Sequence record: SRR22947725_1190
Strand: one strand, 5' to 3'
Length of the DNA stretch: 44,373 nt
The position numbers were made by a program, and so were the translations under genes. Each line of letters opens with the position of its first letter. Within the stretch, counting starts at the first letter, position 1. The notes below the pieces were generated by a model. It had not been told where the DNA came from, did no database searches, and saw only the letters and a list, made by a program, of their open reading frames with translations. Positions 30,531 through 40,051 of this stretch are shown piece after piece.

Positions 30531-30869
30531 ATGCCGCAACTAATTATCCTTCCTAACGATGAATTTTGCCCTGAAGGGATTGTTATTGAAACGAATCCTG
30601 GAACCAGTGTCTGCAGAGCGCTTCTAGATAACGGAATCGAAATAGAGCATGCATGCGAGATGTCGAATGCTTGTACGACCTGCCATGTCTATGTTCGTGA
30701 AGGCTTTGATACTATTGAAGAGTCAGACGAGATTGAGGATGATCTCTTAGATAAAGCGTGGGGATTAGACCCAGACTCAAGGCTTTCTTGTCAGGCCATT
30801 GTCTCAGAGGATGATTTAGTTATTGAGATACCAAAGTACACCATTAATCAGGTCTCAGAGAACCACTAA
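30531..30869 (+). CDS. fdx: ISC system [2Fe-2S] ferredoxin
   Basis: HACEMSNACTTCHV, LLDKAWGL and SRLSCQA. Confidence 0.96.
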   Translation: MPQLIILPNDEFCPEGIVIETNPGTSVCRALLDNGIEIEHACEMSNACTTCHVYVREGFDTIEESDEIEDDLLDKAWGLDPDSRLSCQAIVSEDDLVIEIPKYTINQVSENH

Positions 30870-30873
30870 ACCT

Positions 30874-31953
30874 TTACTCAATCGTAATCTTTGGAAAAGC
30901 GCCAACTGACTCGTTTTTGAGTGACAATATTCCAGCGACTTTTCTAGCAATCTCTTGGTACATATCTGTCACCTGACTATCAGGATCTTTAGCAACGCTT
31001 GGCGTGCCTTCATCCACATCCGTTCTAATGTCTAACTGAAGTGGCAGAGCACCTAAAAAATTAGTTTTTGAGTCAACAGCCATATCCTTTCCGCCGCCAT
31101 GACCAAAGATCTCTTCAGCATGACCACACTTTGAACAGATATGAATTGACATATTTTCAACAATACCTAGTATAGGTATATTGACCTTTTCAAACATCGC
31201 AAGACCTTTCTGAGCATCAATGAGCGCAATGTCCTGAGGTGTAGTTACAATCACCGCACCACTCACTGGAATTTTTTGAGAAAGGGTTAGCTGGGTGTCA
31301 CCCGTCCCAGGAGGCATATCAATGATCATATAGTCAACGTCTTCCCATTCAGTATTCTTTAAAAGTTGCTCTAATGCCTGGGTAACCATAGGACCACGCC
31401 AAACCATAGGTGAGGCTTCATCAACCAAAAAACCAATCGACATAGATTGTAAACCATGAGCCATAACAGGCTTCATATTGCCGCCTTCAGACTCTTGGGG
31501 CCTAAGATCTTTGACGCCTAGCATTCGCGGCTGAGAGGGTCCATAAATGTCCGCATCGAGTATCGCAACATTAGCACCTTCAGACTGGAGGGCTAGTGCC
31601 AGGTTGACCGCTGTGGTTGATTTACCAACGCCTCCTTTGCCTGAAGCTACAGCAATAATATTCTTGACGCCAGGAAGTGCTTCGACGCCTTGCGTCTCAT
31701 GCGATGGGATTTTAGAGTTAATTGAAATATTAGAATAGTTGACGCCTTCTTTTGAAAGAGCCTCCTCTACAAATCCTTTAAGTTCTTCATGAAAGTTGGC
31801 AGCAGGGTATTTAAGTAGCAGTTCGACGTTAACGATTTCATCATCGACCGAAATATTCTTTACATTGTCAGAGGACACTAGATCTTTTCCAGTGTTCTCG
31901 TCGATTACATTGCTCAGTATGGATTGAATTTTATCTTCAGTTAAAGTTGTCAA
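30874..31953 (-). CDS. apbC: Fe-S cluster carrier ApbC/Mrp
   Basis: SGKGGVGKSTT, DADIYGPS, WRGPM, DMPPGTGD and ENMS...CxxC. TTG start with SD GAGGT. Confidence 0.96.
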   Translation of the reverse strand: MTTLTEDKIQSILSNVIDENTGKDLVSSDNVKNISVDDEIVNVELLLKYPAANFHEELKGFVEEALSKEGVNYSNISINSKIPSHETQGVEALPGVKNIIAVASGKGGVGKSTTAVNLALALQSEGANVAILDADIYGPSQPRMLGVKDLRPQESEGGNMKPVMAHGLQSMSIGFLVDEASPMVWRGPMVTQALEQLLKNTEWEDVDYMIIDMPPGTGDTQLTLSQKIPVSGAVIVTTPQDIALIDAQKGLAMFEKVNIPILGIVENMSIHICSKCGHAEEIFGHGGGKDMAVDSKTNFLGALPLQLDIRTDVDEGTPSVAKDPDSQVTDMYQEIARKVAGILSLKNESVGAFPKITIE

Positions 31954-32043
31954 TTTGATGACCTCGGTCGGTAAAATAGCGATATTTTATCGTACAACTA
32001 TCCCACAAATCCTTATTTATATTAGGATTATTGATGACTATTT

Positions 32044-33684
32044 ATGGCTAAACGTAGAATCTTAGTTACTTCAGCGCTCCCTTATGCTAATGGCGACCTT
32101 CATTTGGGGTATATGCTGGAAGTGATCCAGACCGATATCTGGGTTCGCTTTCAAAAGATGCAAGGCAACGAGTGTTACTATGTTTGCGCTGATGACACCC
32201 ATGGAACACCGATCATGCTTAAAGCTGATGAAATGGGAATTACACCCGAAGAGCTTATTGCTTCGGTCAGCGAGCGGCATCAAGCAGATTTGAGTGATTT
32301 TCATATTGACTTTAGTCAGTATCACTCAACTCATTCAGAGGAGAATCGAGAAATTTCTGAGTTGATCTACAATCGCCTTAATGAGTCTGGCTATATTAAG
32401 AAAAGGGTCATTTCACAGTCTTTCGACCCTGAGAAGGAGATGTTCCTTCCAGATCGCTATATTAAGGGGGATTGCCCTAAGTGCGGCGCGGAAGATCAGT
32501 ATGGAGACAACTGTGAGGTATGCGGTGCTACCTACTCCACCACTGAAATAAAAAATGCAAGATCAGTTATATCTGGGGCAAAGCCAATTGAGAAGGATTC
32601 AGAGCACTACTTTTTTGATTTGCCGCAGTTTGAAAAGGAATTAAAAAATTGGACTAAGGCTGGACATCTTCAGGAGCAAGTTAGTAACAAGTTGGCAGAA
32701 TGGTTTGATCAGGGGCTTCAGCAGTGGGATATTTCAAGAGATGAGCCTTATTTTGGCTTTAAGATTCCTGGAACCGAAGACAAGTACTTTTACGTTTGGT
32801 TAGATGCTCCAATCGGCTATATGGCAAGCTTTAAAAAGCTGTGTGATAACTCTAAACTAGACTTTGATGACTTCTTTGCAAAGGGCTCTGATACTGAACT
32901 CTATCATTTTATTGGTAAAGACATTGTCTATTTTCATGCACTATTCTGGCCTGCAACATTAATGGGATCTAACTTCAGAACGCCTAATGCTATATTTGCA
33001 CATGGGTTCTTGTCTGTAAACGGACAAAAGATGAGTAAGTCACGTGGCACCTTTATATTAGCAAGAACCTACCTTGAGGCGCTTAATCCAGAATGTCTTC
33101 GTTACTACTATGCCTACAAGCTCTCATCTAGAATTGATGATATTGATCTGAATCTAGAAGACTTTAAGCAGCGTGTTAACTCTGATCTTGTTGGAAAGGT
33201 AGTCAATATCGCATCAAGAAGCGCTTCTTTTGTTGTGAAAAAGTTTGATAAAGAGCTCTCTAGTCATTGCATTGAGCAGGGTCTTTATGATGAGTTTGTT
33301 GCTGTTAATACTGAGATAGCAGGGCACTATGAAGATAGAAACTATGGACAGGCTATGCGATCGATTATGAAGCTTGCAGATAAAGCAAATCAGTACATTG
33401 ATGAGAAAAAGCCATGGCAGCTTGCTAAAGAAGAAGGTAAGTCGCAAGAGGTCCATGAAATTACTTCACTAGCGATTAATCTCTTTAGAGTGCTTATGAC
33501 CTATTTGAAGCCTGTGCTTCCAGAGATGGCAGAAAAATCAGAGGAGTTTTTGAATATTGACTCTTTGAGCTGGAATGATATTAATAGTCCATTACTAGGT
33601 CATCAAATCAATAAATTTAAACCATTAATGACGCGCGTTGAAGATGAGCAAATAGAAGCAATGATAGAGTCCTCAAAAAGGTAA
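32044..33684 (+). CDS. metG: Methionine--tRNA ligase, short form lacking the C-terminal Trbp111-like domain
   Basis: TSALPYANG, Zn knuckle CPKC..CEVC, WDISRD, YVWLDA and KMSKS. Confidence 0.97.
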   Translation: MAKRRILVTSALPYANGDLHLGYMLEVIQTDIWVRFQKMQGNECYYVCADDTHGTPIMLKADEMGITPEELIASVSERHQADLSDFHIDFSQYHSTHSEENREISELIYNRLNESGYIKKRVISQSFDPEKEMFLPDRYIKGDCPKCGAEDQYGDNCEVCGATYSTTEIKNARSVISGAKPIEKDSEHYFFDLPQFEKELKNWTKAGHLQEQVSNKLAEWFDQGLQQWDISRDEPYFGFKIPGTEDKYFYVWLDAPIGYMASFKKLCDNSKLDFDDFFAKGSDTELYHFIGKDIVYFHALFWPATLMGSNFRTPNAIFAHGFLSVNGQKMSKSRGTFILARTYLEALNPECLRYYYAYKLSSRIDDIDLNLEDFKQRVNSDLVGKVVNIASRSASFVVKKFDKELSSHCIEQGLYDEFVAVNTEIAGHYEDRNYGQAMRSIMKLADKANQYIDEKKPWQLAKEEGKSQEVHEITSLAINLFRVLMTYLKPVLPEMAEKSEEFLNIDSLSWNDINSPLLGHQINKFKPLMTRVEDEQIEAMIESSKR

Positions 33685-33699
33685 AAATTCAAAAGTTTT

Positions 33700-33787
33700 G
33701 GAGGGATGGCAGAGTGGTCGATCGCGCACGCTTGGAAAGCGTGTAAACCTCACGGTTTCATGGGTTCGAATCCCATTCCCTCCACCA
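33700..33787 (+). tRNA. tRNA-Ser (anticodon GGA)
   Basis: Acceptor stem GGAGGGA/TCCCTCC, anticodon arm CACGC-TTGGAAA-GCGTG, long variable arm, T arm GGTTCGAATCC and encoded CCA. Confidence 0.96.
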
Positions 33788-33894
33788 TACATTAGTTATC
33801 AAAAAACGTCATAAATTATCATAAATAAAAATAAATCCCTTTTAAATAAGGGTTTTATAGATATTTCAATTCTCATACCTTATCATAAGATTTC

Positions 33895-33933
33895 TTGACA
33901 TTTCACACGATTGTGAGTAGACTTGTGAGTAGA
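33895..33933 (+). promoter_or_regulatory. Integrase promoter overlapped by paired arm-type direct repeats
   Basis: TTGACA (33895)-17 bp-TAGACT (33918); exact repeats TTGTGAGTAGA at 33911-33921 and 33923-33933. Confidence 0.72.
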
Positions 33934-33971
33934 TTTAACATGGTCTAAAAAATACAAGGCTTCATCACACG

Positions 33972-35183
33972 GTGCTTACAGACACAAAAATACGAAATCT
34001 TAAGAAAAAAAAGAAACTTTATCGAATAGCTGATTCTCACGGCCTAACTTTAGAAATTAATCCGAATGGTTCAAAACTATGGCGACATCGTTATCGTTTT
34101 AATGATCGGGCAACAATGATGTCTCTTGGAGCTTATCCATTGGTCTCTTTATTTGAGGCAAGACAGGCTCGTGATAAGAATAGACAAATGCTTTATAAGG
34201 GCATTAACCCTAAACAAGCAAAGATAGAGCTTAACCCCCCAGTAAGAGCTACCTTTGAAGATATGTTTCATAAGTGGATCAACAAAAACAAGAACCAATG
34301 GAGTCTTGGATATATTGAAGACACCATACAACGGTCAAACAACTACTTACTTCCTAAACTTGGTAATTTACCTATAGAAGACATTAAGTCGTCAGAAATA
34401 AGAAATTTACTGCTTAAGATCCAGGAGACAGGAAAGCTGGATATGCTTAAGAAGGTAAGAAGTATCTTGAATGGAATCTTTAAATATTCAGTAGGTATGG
34501 ATATTATTAAGATCAATCCAGTAAGAGATCTGCCCAATGAAATCTTTGAAAAGAAGCCTGAAAAGCACTACGCGACTATTACTGACCCAAAAGAGATTCC
34601 ATGGCTTCTTGATAAACTAGAGCAGCACGAGGGGACATATGAGGTTAGAGTTGCCTTAATTATTGCTCCCCATGTGTTTTTAAGGCCAACTGAACTAACA
34701 GGTCTATTATGGAGTGAGGTTGATTTTGATGATCATCTCATAAGAGTTAACAAGGAGCGAATGAAAACTAAAAAACCTCATCTAGTTCCTATGAGTCACC
34801 AAGTCTATAAGGCGCTACAAAATTTAAGAAATGTTAATGTGGATAGTGATTATGTTTTTCCAACCGATAGAAATAAGACCAAACCAATCACTTCTGACTC
34901 ACTCAGAATGGCGTTAAGAAGGGTTGGTGTAGGTAAAGAAAAGATGACCCCTCATGGTTTTAGATCTATGGCAAGTACTAGGCTTAATGAGCTCGGATAT
35001 GGCGCTGATCTCATAGAAATCCAGCTCTCTCATTTACCAGTAAACAAAGTCAGAGCAGCCTATAACCATGCTGAGTATCTTGATGAACGAAGATTAATGA
35101 TGCAAGAATGGTCAAACTATTTAAATAAACTTCAAGATAATGATTCAATATCAACCTTGGCATATCAACAAAACCTTTTTTAG
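33972..35183 (+). CDS. Tyrosine recombinase/integrase, P4 (IntA-like) family
   Basis: Arm-binding N-terminus (MLTDTKIR..ADSHGL..GSKLWR..SLGAYP). Catalytic R (LRPTE), K (MK), HxxR (HGFR), H (QLSH) and Y (AAYNH) are all intact. Confidence 0.96.
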   Translation: MLTDTKIRNLKKKKKLYRIADSHGLTLEINPNGSKLWRHRYRFNDRATMMSLGAYPLVSLFEARQARDKNRQMLYKGINPKQAKIELNPPVRATFEDMFHKWINKNKNQWSLGYIEDTIQRSNNYLLPKLGNLPIEDIKSSEIRNLLLKIQETGKLDMLKKVRSILNGIFKYSVGMDIIKINPVRDLPNEIFEKKPEKHYATITDPKEIPWLLDKLEQHEGTYEVRVALIIAPHVFLRPTELTGLLWSEVDFDDHLIRVNKERMKTKKPHLVPMSHQVYKALQNLRNVNVDSDYVFPTDRNKTKPITSDSLRMALRRVGVGKEKMTPHGFRSMASTRLNELGYGADLIEIQLSHLPVNKVRAAYNHAEYLDERRLMMQEWSNYLNKLQDNDSISTLAYQQNLF

Positions 35184-35236
35184 ATTTAAGTGAACTATAA
35201 TTCAATAAATAGCTTAAATTTTGTAGGTAAATATTA

Positions 35237-36334
35237 ATGGCAGTTTTTTGTCAGTTTATTTCTTTAATTATTCGAAGAGACTCAATCGATAAATATTTTC
35301 CAGGTGGCTGGAATAGGTTTGTTTTAGAGTCACCAAGCATGCTGGCGACAGATGAAGAAATTGTTAGTGTGAGCTTTATGAGCCAACTAGACAGCAGTGC
35401 CTATCTTGATTTCTTAAAAGGTGAAGGGCTCCAATTTAGACAGTCTGGTGATAGAGAAATTGATGATATTTCAGAATTAGATCAGTTTATGGGTCACCGT
35501 GAGGAAAGGCAATGGCTCGAGTTTGGAGACAGAGTATTCAATGAAGGTTCCTACTTTTGTAGCTGGAAAAAAGGGTCCTTATTAAGCACCATAGCTATGC
35601 CTACCTTTGCAATTCCAGTCTTACGAAATTTAACGCCTGAAGACTTTAAAGAGAGGTTCAGTTTTGTAAGGTCAGAAAACAGTTTGGATTTATATTTAGA
35701 TACGAAATATGAAAATGGGAAAAATTTTTTTTTACCTCAAGGGATGAGTATAGAGAAGCACTTTGAATACTTTTCAGATTGGAGAAAAGAGCGAGAAAAT
35801 AGAAGAAAAAAGGGAGTTATTGGGCTTAAAGAAGATAAAGATAAAAAATTAATCGATAAACAAAAAGCTCAAGAATTGGTTGATCAGAAGAAAGATCAAG
35901 AAAGAGAGCAAACCAGTAAACAAAGAGCTAAAGATAGAATTCATGATAATGCTCCTCAAACAAATAGACTTAAAACACAAAATAGTAAACGATCAAAAGT
36001 GTGGTTTGTTGATGATGTAGAGCCTGAGGATTTCTCAGATGGAATTGGAAAAATATTAAAAGAGTACAAAGAAAACCCCTTAAATGCATTGAAAAAAGAG
36101 AAACGCCAGATTCTTGATCTTCTTCATAAAGAAAGTGAAAAGCAAGGCTATATATTCTTTGGTGGATACTCTCATAATTATGGAATAAGTCGAATTGGAG
36201 ATTCATATATATATGATGTCCCAGCAAAAAAAACTGGAAATCTACGAAAGTTCAGAAATCAAAAAATTAGGGTAATCTGTGTTGGCTCCGGAACTCGATT
36301 TATTAGATCATATATAGCCGGGCCTTTAATTTAG
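35237..36334 (+). CDS. Hypothetical protein (two globular regions joined by a charged linker)
   Basis: 365-codon ORF in AT-rich DNA, SD-like AGGT upstream, co-directional with the integrase; no recognised catalytic motif. Confidence 0.8.
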   Translation: MAVFCQFISLIIRRDSIDKYFPGGWNRFVLESPSMLATDEEIVSVSFMSQLDSSAYLDFLKGEGLQFRQSGDREIDDISELDQFMGHREERQWLEFGDRVFNEGSYFCSWKKGSLLSTIAMPTFAIPVLRNLTPEDFKERFSFVRSENSLDLYLDTKYENGKNFFLPQGMSIEKHFEYFSDWRKERENRRKKGVIGLKEDKDKKLIDKQKAQELVDQKKDQEREQTSKQRAKDRIHDNAPQTNRLKTQNSKRSKVWFVDDVEPEDFSDGIGKILKEYKENPLNALKKEKRQILDLLHKESEKQGYIFFGGYSHNYGISRIGDSYIYDVPAKKTGNLRKFRNQKIRVICVGSGTRFIRSYIAGPLI

Positions 36335-36343
36335 TATTCATAT

Positions 36344-36387
36344 TTGACATTATGTTTTTAGTGTTGTAAGATGTACAAATTACAACA
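36344..36387 (+). promoter_or_regulatory. Sigma70 promoter with an overlapping inverted-repeat operator upstream of the XRE gene
   Basis: TTGACA (36344)-17 bp-TAAGAT (36367); perfect inverted repeat TGTTGTAA (36362-36369)-N10-TTACAACA (36380-36387). Confidence 0.72.
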
Positions 36388-36398
36388 TGGAGTTGAGT

Positions 36399-37043
36399 AT
36401 GAAAAACAACGAATTTGGTTATGTATTAAGAGACCTAAGAGAGGCTGGAGGTATATCACTGAGAGGCCTGGCAAAAGAAACTGGATTTGATGCTGCCTAC
36501 CTGTCAAGGGTAGAAAGAGTGCTAAGCCCACCTCCAAGAAGAGAGAATATTCATAAAATTGCTGAGGCGCTTTGTAAGCTTCAAAACTTAACTGCTGATG
36601 ATTGTCAGAAATTAAAGCGCACACTTCTCGATTCTGCAAGACAGCTTACTAATCATAAAGATTTGATTAGTGACCTAAGATACCGCTTTGCTGATCGATT
36701 GAGAGAGGAGGGAGTCCAAGAATCATTTATCAGAGACGCTATGATGAAAGTCTCACTAAATGATATGGAGAAAGTGCTTAGTGGTGAGGAGCCACTAGAG
36801 ATAGCTCCAGTAAACTCAATCTCTGCTGCTGAAATAAAGAGAAGAGAATCTAAAGGTGAATCTGTTAAAGAAATAAGAGACAGGCCATTTCCAAGCAGAA
36901 GAAGTAGACCATCAAATCGTAGAAGGTTTCAGGCAGGTACGCGAGCTCATATAGAAGTTAATGGATCTCTAAGTGCATATCAAATAGAGCAGTTGCGATC
37001 AATTACGCCACTCATTAGAACTATATTAAATAGCAAGCAGTAG
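36399..37043 (+). CDS. XRE-family helix-turn-helix protein with an uncharacterised C-terminal region
   Basis: FGYVLRDLREAGGISLRGLAKETGFDAAYLSRVER..PPP...IHKIAEAL. ATG 36399 has SD GGAG at 36389-36392. Confidence 0.87.
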   Translation: MKNNEFGYVLRDLREAGGISLRGLAKETGFDAAYLSRVERVLSPPPRRENIHKIAEALCKLQNLTADDCQKLKRTLLDSARQLTNHKDLISDLRYRFADRLREEGVQESFIRDAMMKVSLNDMEKVLSGEEPLEIAPVNSISAAEIKRRESKGESVKEIRDRPFPSRRSRPSNRRRFQAGTRAHIEVNGSLSAYQIEQLRSITPLIRTILNSKQ

Positions 37044-37203
37044 TTAATTAAAAAATTATCCCTATGAAAAAATATAGTTCAATTTAAAAGGTATGATAAA
37101 TTTAATTTATATTAAATTTATTTTTTTAAAAAATGAAATAAACTTAGATCTTTTTCGTTATAGATCTTAAGAAGAGTCAAAAATAATCACATATTAAACA
37201 ATT

Positions 37204-38805
37204 ATGAATGAACAAGAATTCCTTAAAAATTTAGAAGACAAGCTCTGGCAAGCCGCCAACAAACTCCTTCCTTCTCTTGATGCTGCGGTCTATAAGCATG
37301 TGGTATTGGGATTAGTTTTTCTTAAATATGTCTCAGACAGCTTTGAAAAAAGAGCCATTGAGCTTGGGTCATCATTTAAAGATCCCAGCAACGATTACTA
37401 TTTGGGTGAAGATATTGATGATGATATTATTTCAGAAGAGTTAGAAGTTAAAGATTACTATGCTTCAGCGAATGTTTTTTGGGTGCCTAGTGCTTCTAGA
37501 TGGAGCTATCTCCAGGACAATATTCGTCTTTCTGTAGGCTCACCACTTCCTTTAGGAGGTGACTTTAAGGGCCCTGGAAAATTAATAGACGACAGCATGG
37601 AGCTCATTGAGAAAGAGAATCCAAAGCTAAAGAGAATCCTTAATAAAAACTATGCCCAGCTTCAGATTGAGCAGACTAAGCTTGCAGACTTGCTTGACCT
37701 TATATCGTCAATCCCATTCGAACATGAGACGCTCCAATCCAAAGATATTCTAGGGCATGTTTATGAATACTTTTTGGGAATGTTTGCGGCTGAAGAAGGA
37801 AAAAAAGGAGGGCAATTTTATACTCCTAAATCTATCGTTAATTTAATCGTTGAGATGGTCCAGCCATTTAAAGGCAGGGTTTATGATCCAGCCATGGGAA
37901 GTGGCGGCTTCTTTATTTCTTCTGAAAAGTTAATTAAAGAGCACGAGGGCAAGATTGGCAACATATCTGTCTATGGTCAAGAGTCAAATCCTACGACTTG
38001 GCGTTTAGCATGTATGAATATGGCAATTAGAGGGATTGATTTTGATTTTGGTAAGGAGCCTGCTGGAACTTTTACTAATAATCAACACCCAGACCTCAGG
38101 GCTGACTTTGTTTTAGCAAACCCTCCTTTTAACCAAAACAAAGATCAGTGGTGGCATGCCTCACTTGAGGGTGACGCAAGATGGACCTATGGAACTCCTC
38201 CAGAGGGCAATGGCAACTATGGCTGGATGCAGCATATGCTTTATCATACAAGTCCAAATGGAGTTGTAGGTTTGGTGCTTGCAAATGGAGCACTAAACTC
38301 AAACTCAGGGGGTGAGGATAAAATTAGGGAGGCTATTGTTAAGGCAGACTTGGTTGAGGCGATTATTTCACTTCCAGCACAACTATTTAGAAATACTCCA
38401 ATTCCAGCTTGTATCTGGATTCTTAACAAGAATAAAGCCCAAAAAGGAAAAACTCTGTTCATTGATGCTAAACAGGTTGGACATATGATAGATAGAAAGC
38501 AAAGGGCGTTCAGTCCAGATGATGTTCAATCGCTTAAAGACGCCTTTCATAAGTGGCAGAATGATGATGGTTATAAAGATATAGCTGGACAGTTCTTTTC
38601 GGCAACTAACGAAGAGATTGCTACGAATGACTATATTCTGACACCTGGACGATATGTAGGTGTTGCAAAAGAGGAGGATGATGGCGTTCCTTTTAGAGAC
38701 AAAATGAACACTTTAACCTCTACCCTTGGTGAACAGCTAGAAGAGTCTGCTAGGTTAGAAGAGCAAATTAAGAAAAATTTAGCCGGGCTTGGATATGATT
38801 TATAA
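37204..38805 (+). CDS. hsdM: Type I restriction-modification methyltransferase subunit M (N6-adenine)
   Basis: LWQAA...LVFLKYVSD, YEYFLG..GGQFYTP, motif I YDPAMGSGG, motif IV ANPPF, and LTPGRYVG. Confidence 0.97.
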   Translation: MNEQEFLKNLEDKLWQAANKLLPSLDAAVYKHVVLGLVFLKYVSDSFEKRAIELGSSFKDPSNDYYLGEDIDDDIISEELEVKDYYASANVFWVPSASRWSYLQDNIRLSVGSPLPLGGDFKGPGKLIDDSMELIEKENPKLKRILNKNYAQLQIEQTKLADLLDLISSIPFEHETLQSKDILGHVYEYFLGMFAAEEGKKGGQFYTPKSIVNLIVEMVQPFKGRVYDPAMGSGGFFISSEKLIKEHEGKIGNISVYGQESNPTTWRLACMNMAIRGIDFDFGKEPAGTFTNNQHPDLRADFVLANPPFNQNKDQWWHASLEGDARWTYGTPPEGNGNYGWMQHMLYHTSPNGVVGLVLANGALNSNSGGEDKIREAIVKADLVEAIISLPAQLFRNTPIPACIWILNKNKAQKGKTLFIDAKQVGHMIDRKQRAFSPDDVQSLKDAFHKWQNDDGYKDIAGQFFSATNEEIATNDYILTPGRYVGVAKEEDDGVPFRDKMNTLTSTLGEQLEESARLEEQIKKNLAGLGYDL

Positions 38806-40051
38806 ATTATCTGATCTTGCTACTTATGTATCAGAAAAGATAAAAACATCTGATATAGACATAGATAAATACATTTCTACAGAAAATATGCTTCCAGATA
38901 AAGGTGGAATTGTTTTAGCTTCAGCTTTACCATCTTCAATTAAAACTAATTCGTTCAAATCAGGCGATATACTTTTTTCAAACATTAGAACCTACTTTAG
39001 AAAAGTTTGGTTTGCAACTTTTGAAGGTGGAGTTTCAACTGATGTATTAGTTATTCGTTGCTTAAATAATAAAAAGATAGATGATAAATATTTATATTAT
39101 CAGTTATCAAATGATTCATTCATAAAGTTCACAGCTCAAACATCTAATGGCGCCAAAATGCCTAGAGGTGATAAGTCTGCAATTATGGAATATGAATTTG
39201 ACATCCCATCACTACCAATTCAAAAAAAAATAGCTCACATCCTATCAACTCTAGACGACAAAATTGAGCTCAACCGCAAGATGAATCAAACTCTTGAAGA
39301 TATGTCTCAAGCGTTATTCAAGTCTTGGTTTATAGATTTTAACCCTGTTCATGCCAAAGCAAATGCTTCAAGTGATGCTGACTATGACCAAATAGCCAAA
39401 GAGTTAGGCATCAGTCGTGAAATATTAGATTTGTTTCCAGATGAATTTGAAGAGAGTGAGTTTGGGATGATTCCTAAGGGTTGGCATAATGATTTTTTAG
39501 ATTCCTTTGTAGAAATTCTTGATTCAAAAAGAATACCGCTGTCATCAAATGAAAGATTAGTTAGAAAGGGAAGTATTCCTTATTATGGTGCAACCAGCAT
39601 AATGGATTATGTTGATAAACACCTATTTGATGAAAATTTACTTTTAATGGGTGAAGATGGTTCAGTAACTAGAAATAATGGAACGCCTTTTTTGCAGTAT
39701 GTCTGGGGAAAATCATGGGTTAACAACCATGCTCATGTTATGAAAAGCAGATTGACATTGTCAATTGAGGCTCTTTATATTGCATTAATCAATAAAAATG
39801 TAAGCATGTTTGTGACAGGTGCTGTTCAGCCAAAGATTAATCAAGGAAATTTAAAAAAAATTCCAATAATTAATGCTGGCGAATCAATCAATAAAATGTT
39901 TTCAGATTTTATAGATCCTATGTTTTCAAGTATCAGGTTAATGAGAGAAGAAACTACAACCCTCAAAAAAACAAGAGATACACTTTTACCAAAACTCCTT
40001 TCAGGAGAATTAGACGTATCAGAACTGGAGTTAAATCATGGCGCTCATTGA
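38795..40051 (+). CDS. hsdS: Type I restriction-modification specificity subunit S
   Basis: Two TRDs separated by the conserved PSLPIQKKIAHILSTLDDKIELNRKMNQTLE..LFKSWF; IPKGW; C-terminal RDTLLPKLLSGEL. ATG 38795 overlaps the hsdM end. Confidence 0.96.
   Translation: MIYKLSDLATYVSEKIKTSDIDIDKYISTENMLPDKGGIVLASALPSSIKTNSFKSGDILFSNIRTYFRKVWFATFEGGVSTDVLVIRCLNNKKIDDKYLYYQLSNDSFIKFTAQTSNGAKMPRGDKSAIMEYEFDIPSLPIQKKIAHILSTLDDKIELNRKMNQTLEDMSQALFKSWFIDFNPVHAKANASSDADYDQIAKELGISREILDLFPDEFEESEFGMIPKGWHNDFLDSFVEILDSKRIPLSSNERLVRKGSIPYYGATSIMDYVDKHLFDENLLLMGEDGSVTRNNGTPFLQYVWGKSWVNNHAHVMKSRLTLSIEALYIALINKNVSMFVTGAVQPKINQGNLKKIPIINAGESINKMFSDFIDPMFSSIRLMREETTTLKKTRDTLLPKLLSGELDVSELELNHGAH

Noticed and set aside
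33600-33700. metG truncated by the neighbouring integration
   Set aside because: The gene ends cleanly before an intact tRNA. Monomeric MetRS of this length is a known functional form, and the element lies on the other side of the tRNA.
39222-39230. A9 tract in hsdS as a phase-variation switch
   Set aside because: It encodes the conserved QKKI segment. A8-A9 runs are common in this AT-rich DNA, and no silent hsdS copies or invertible repeats are present.
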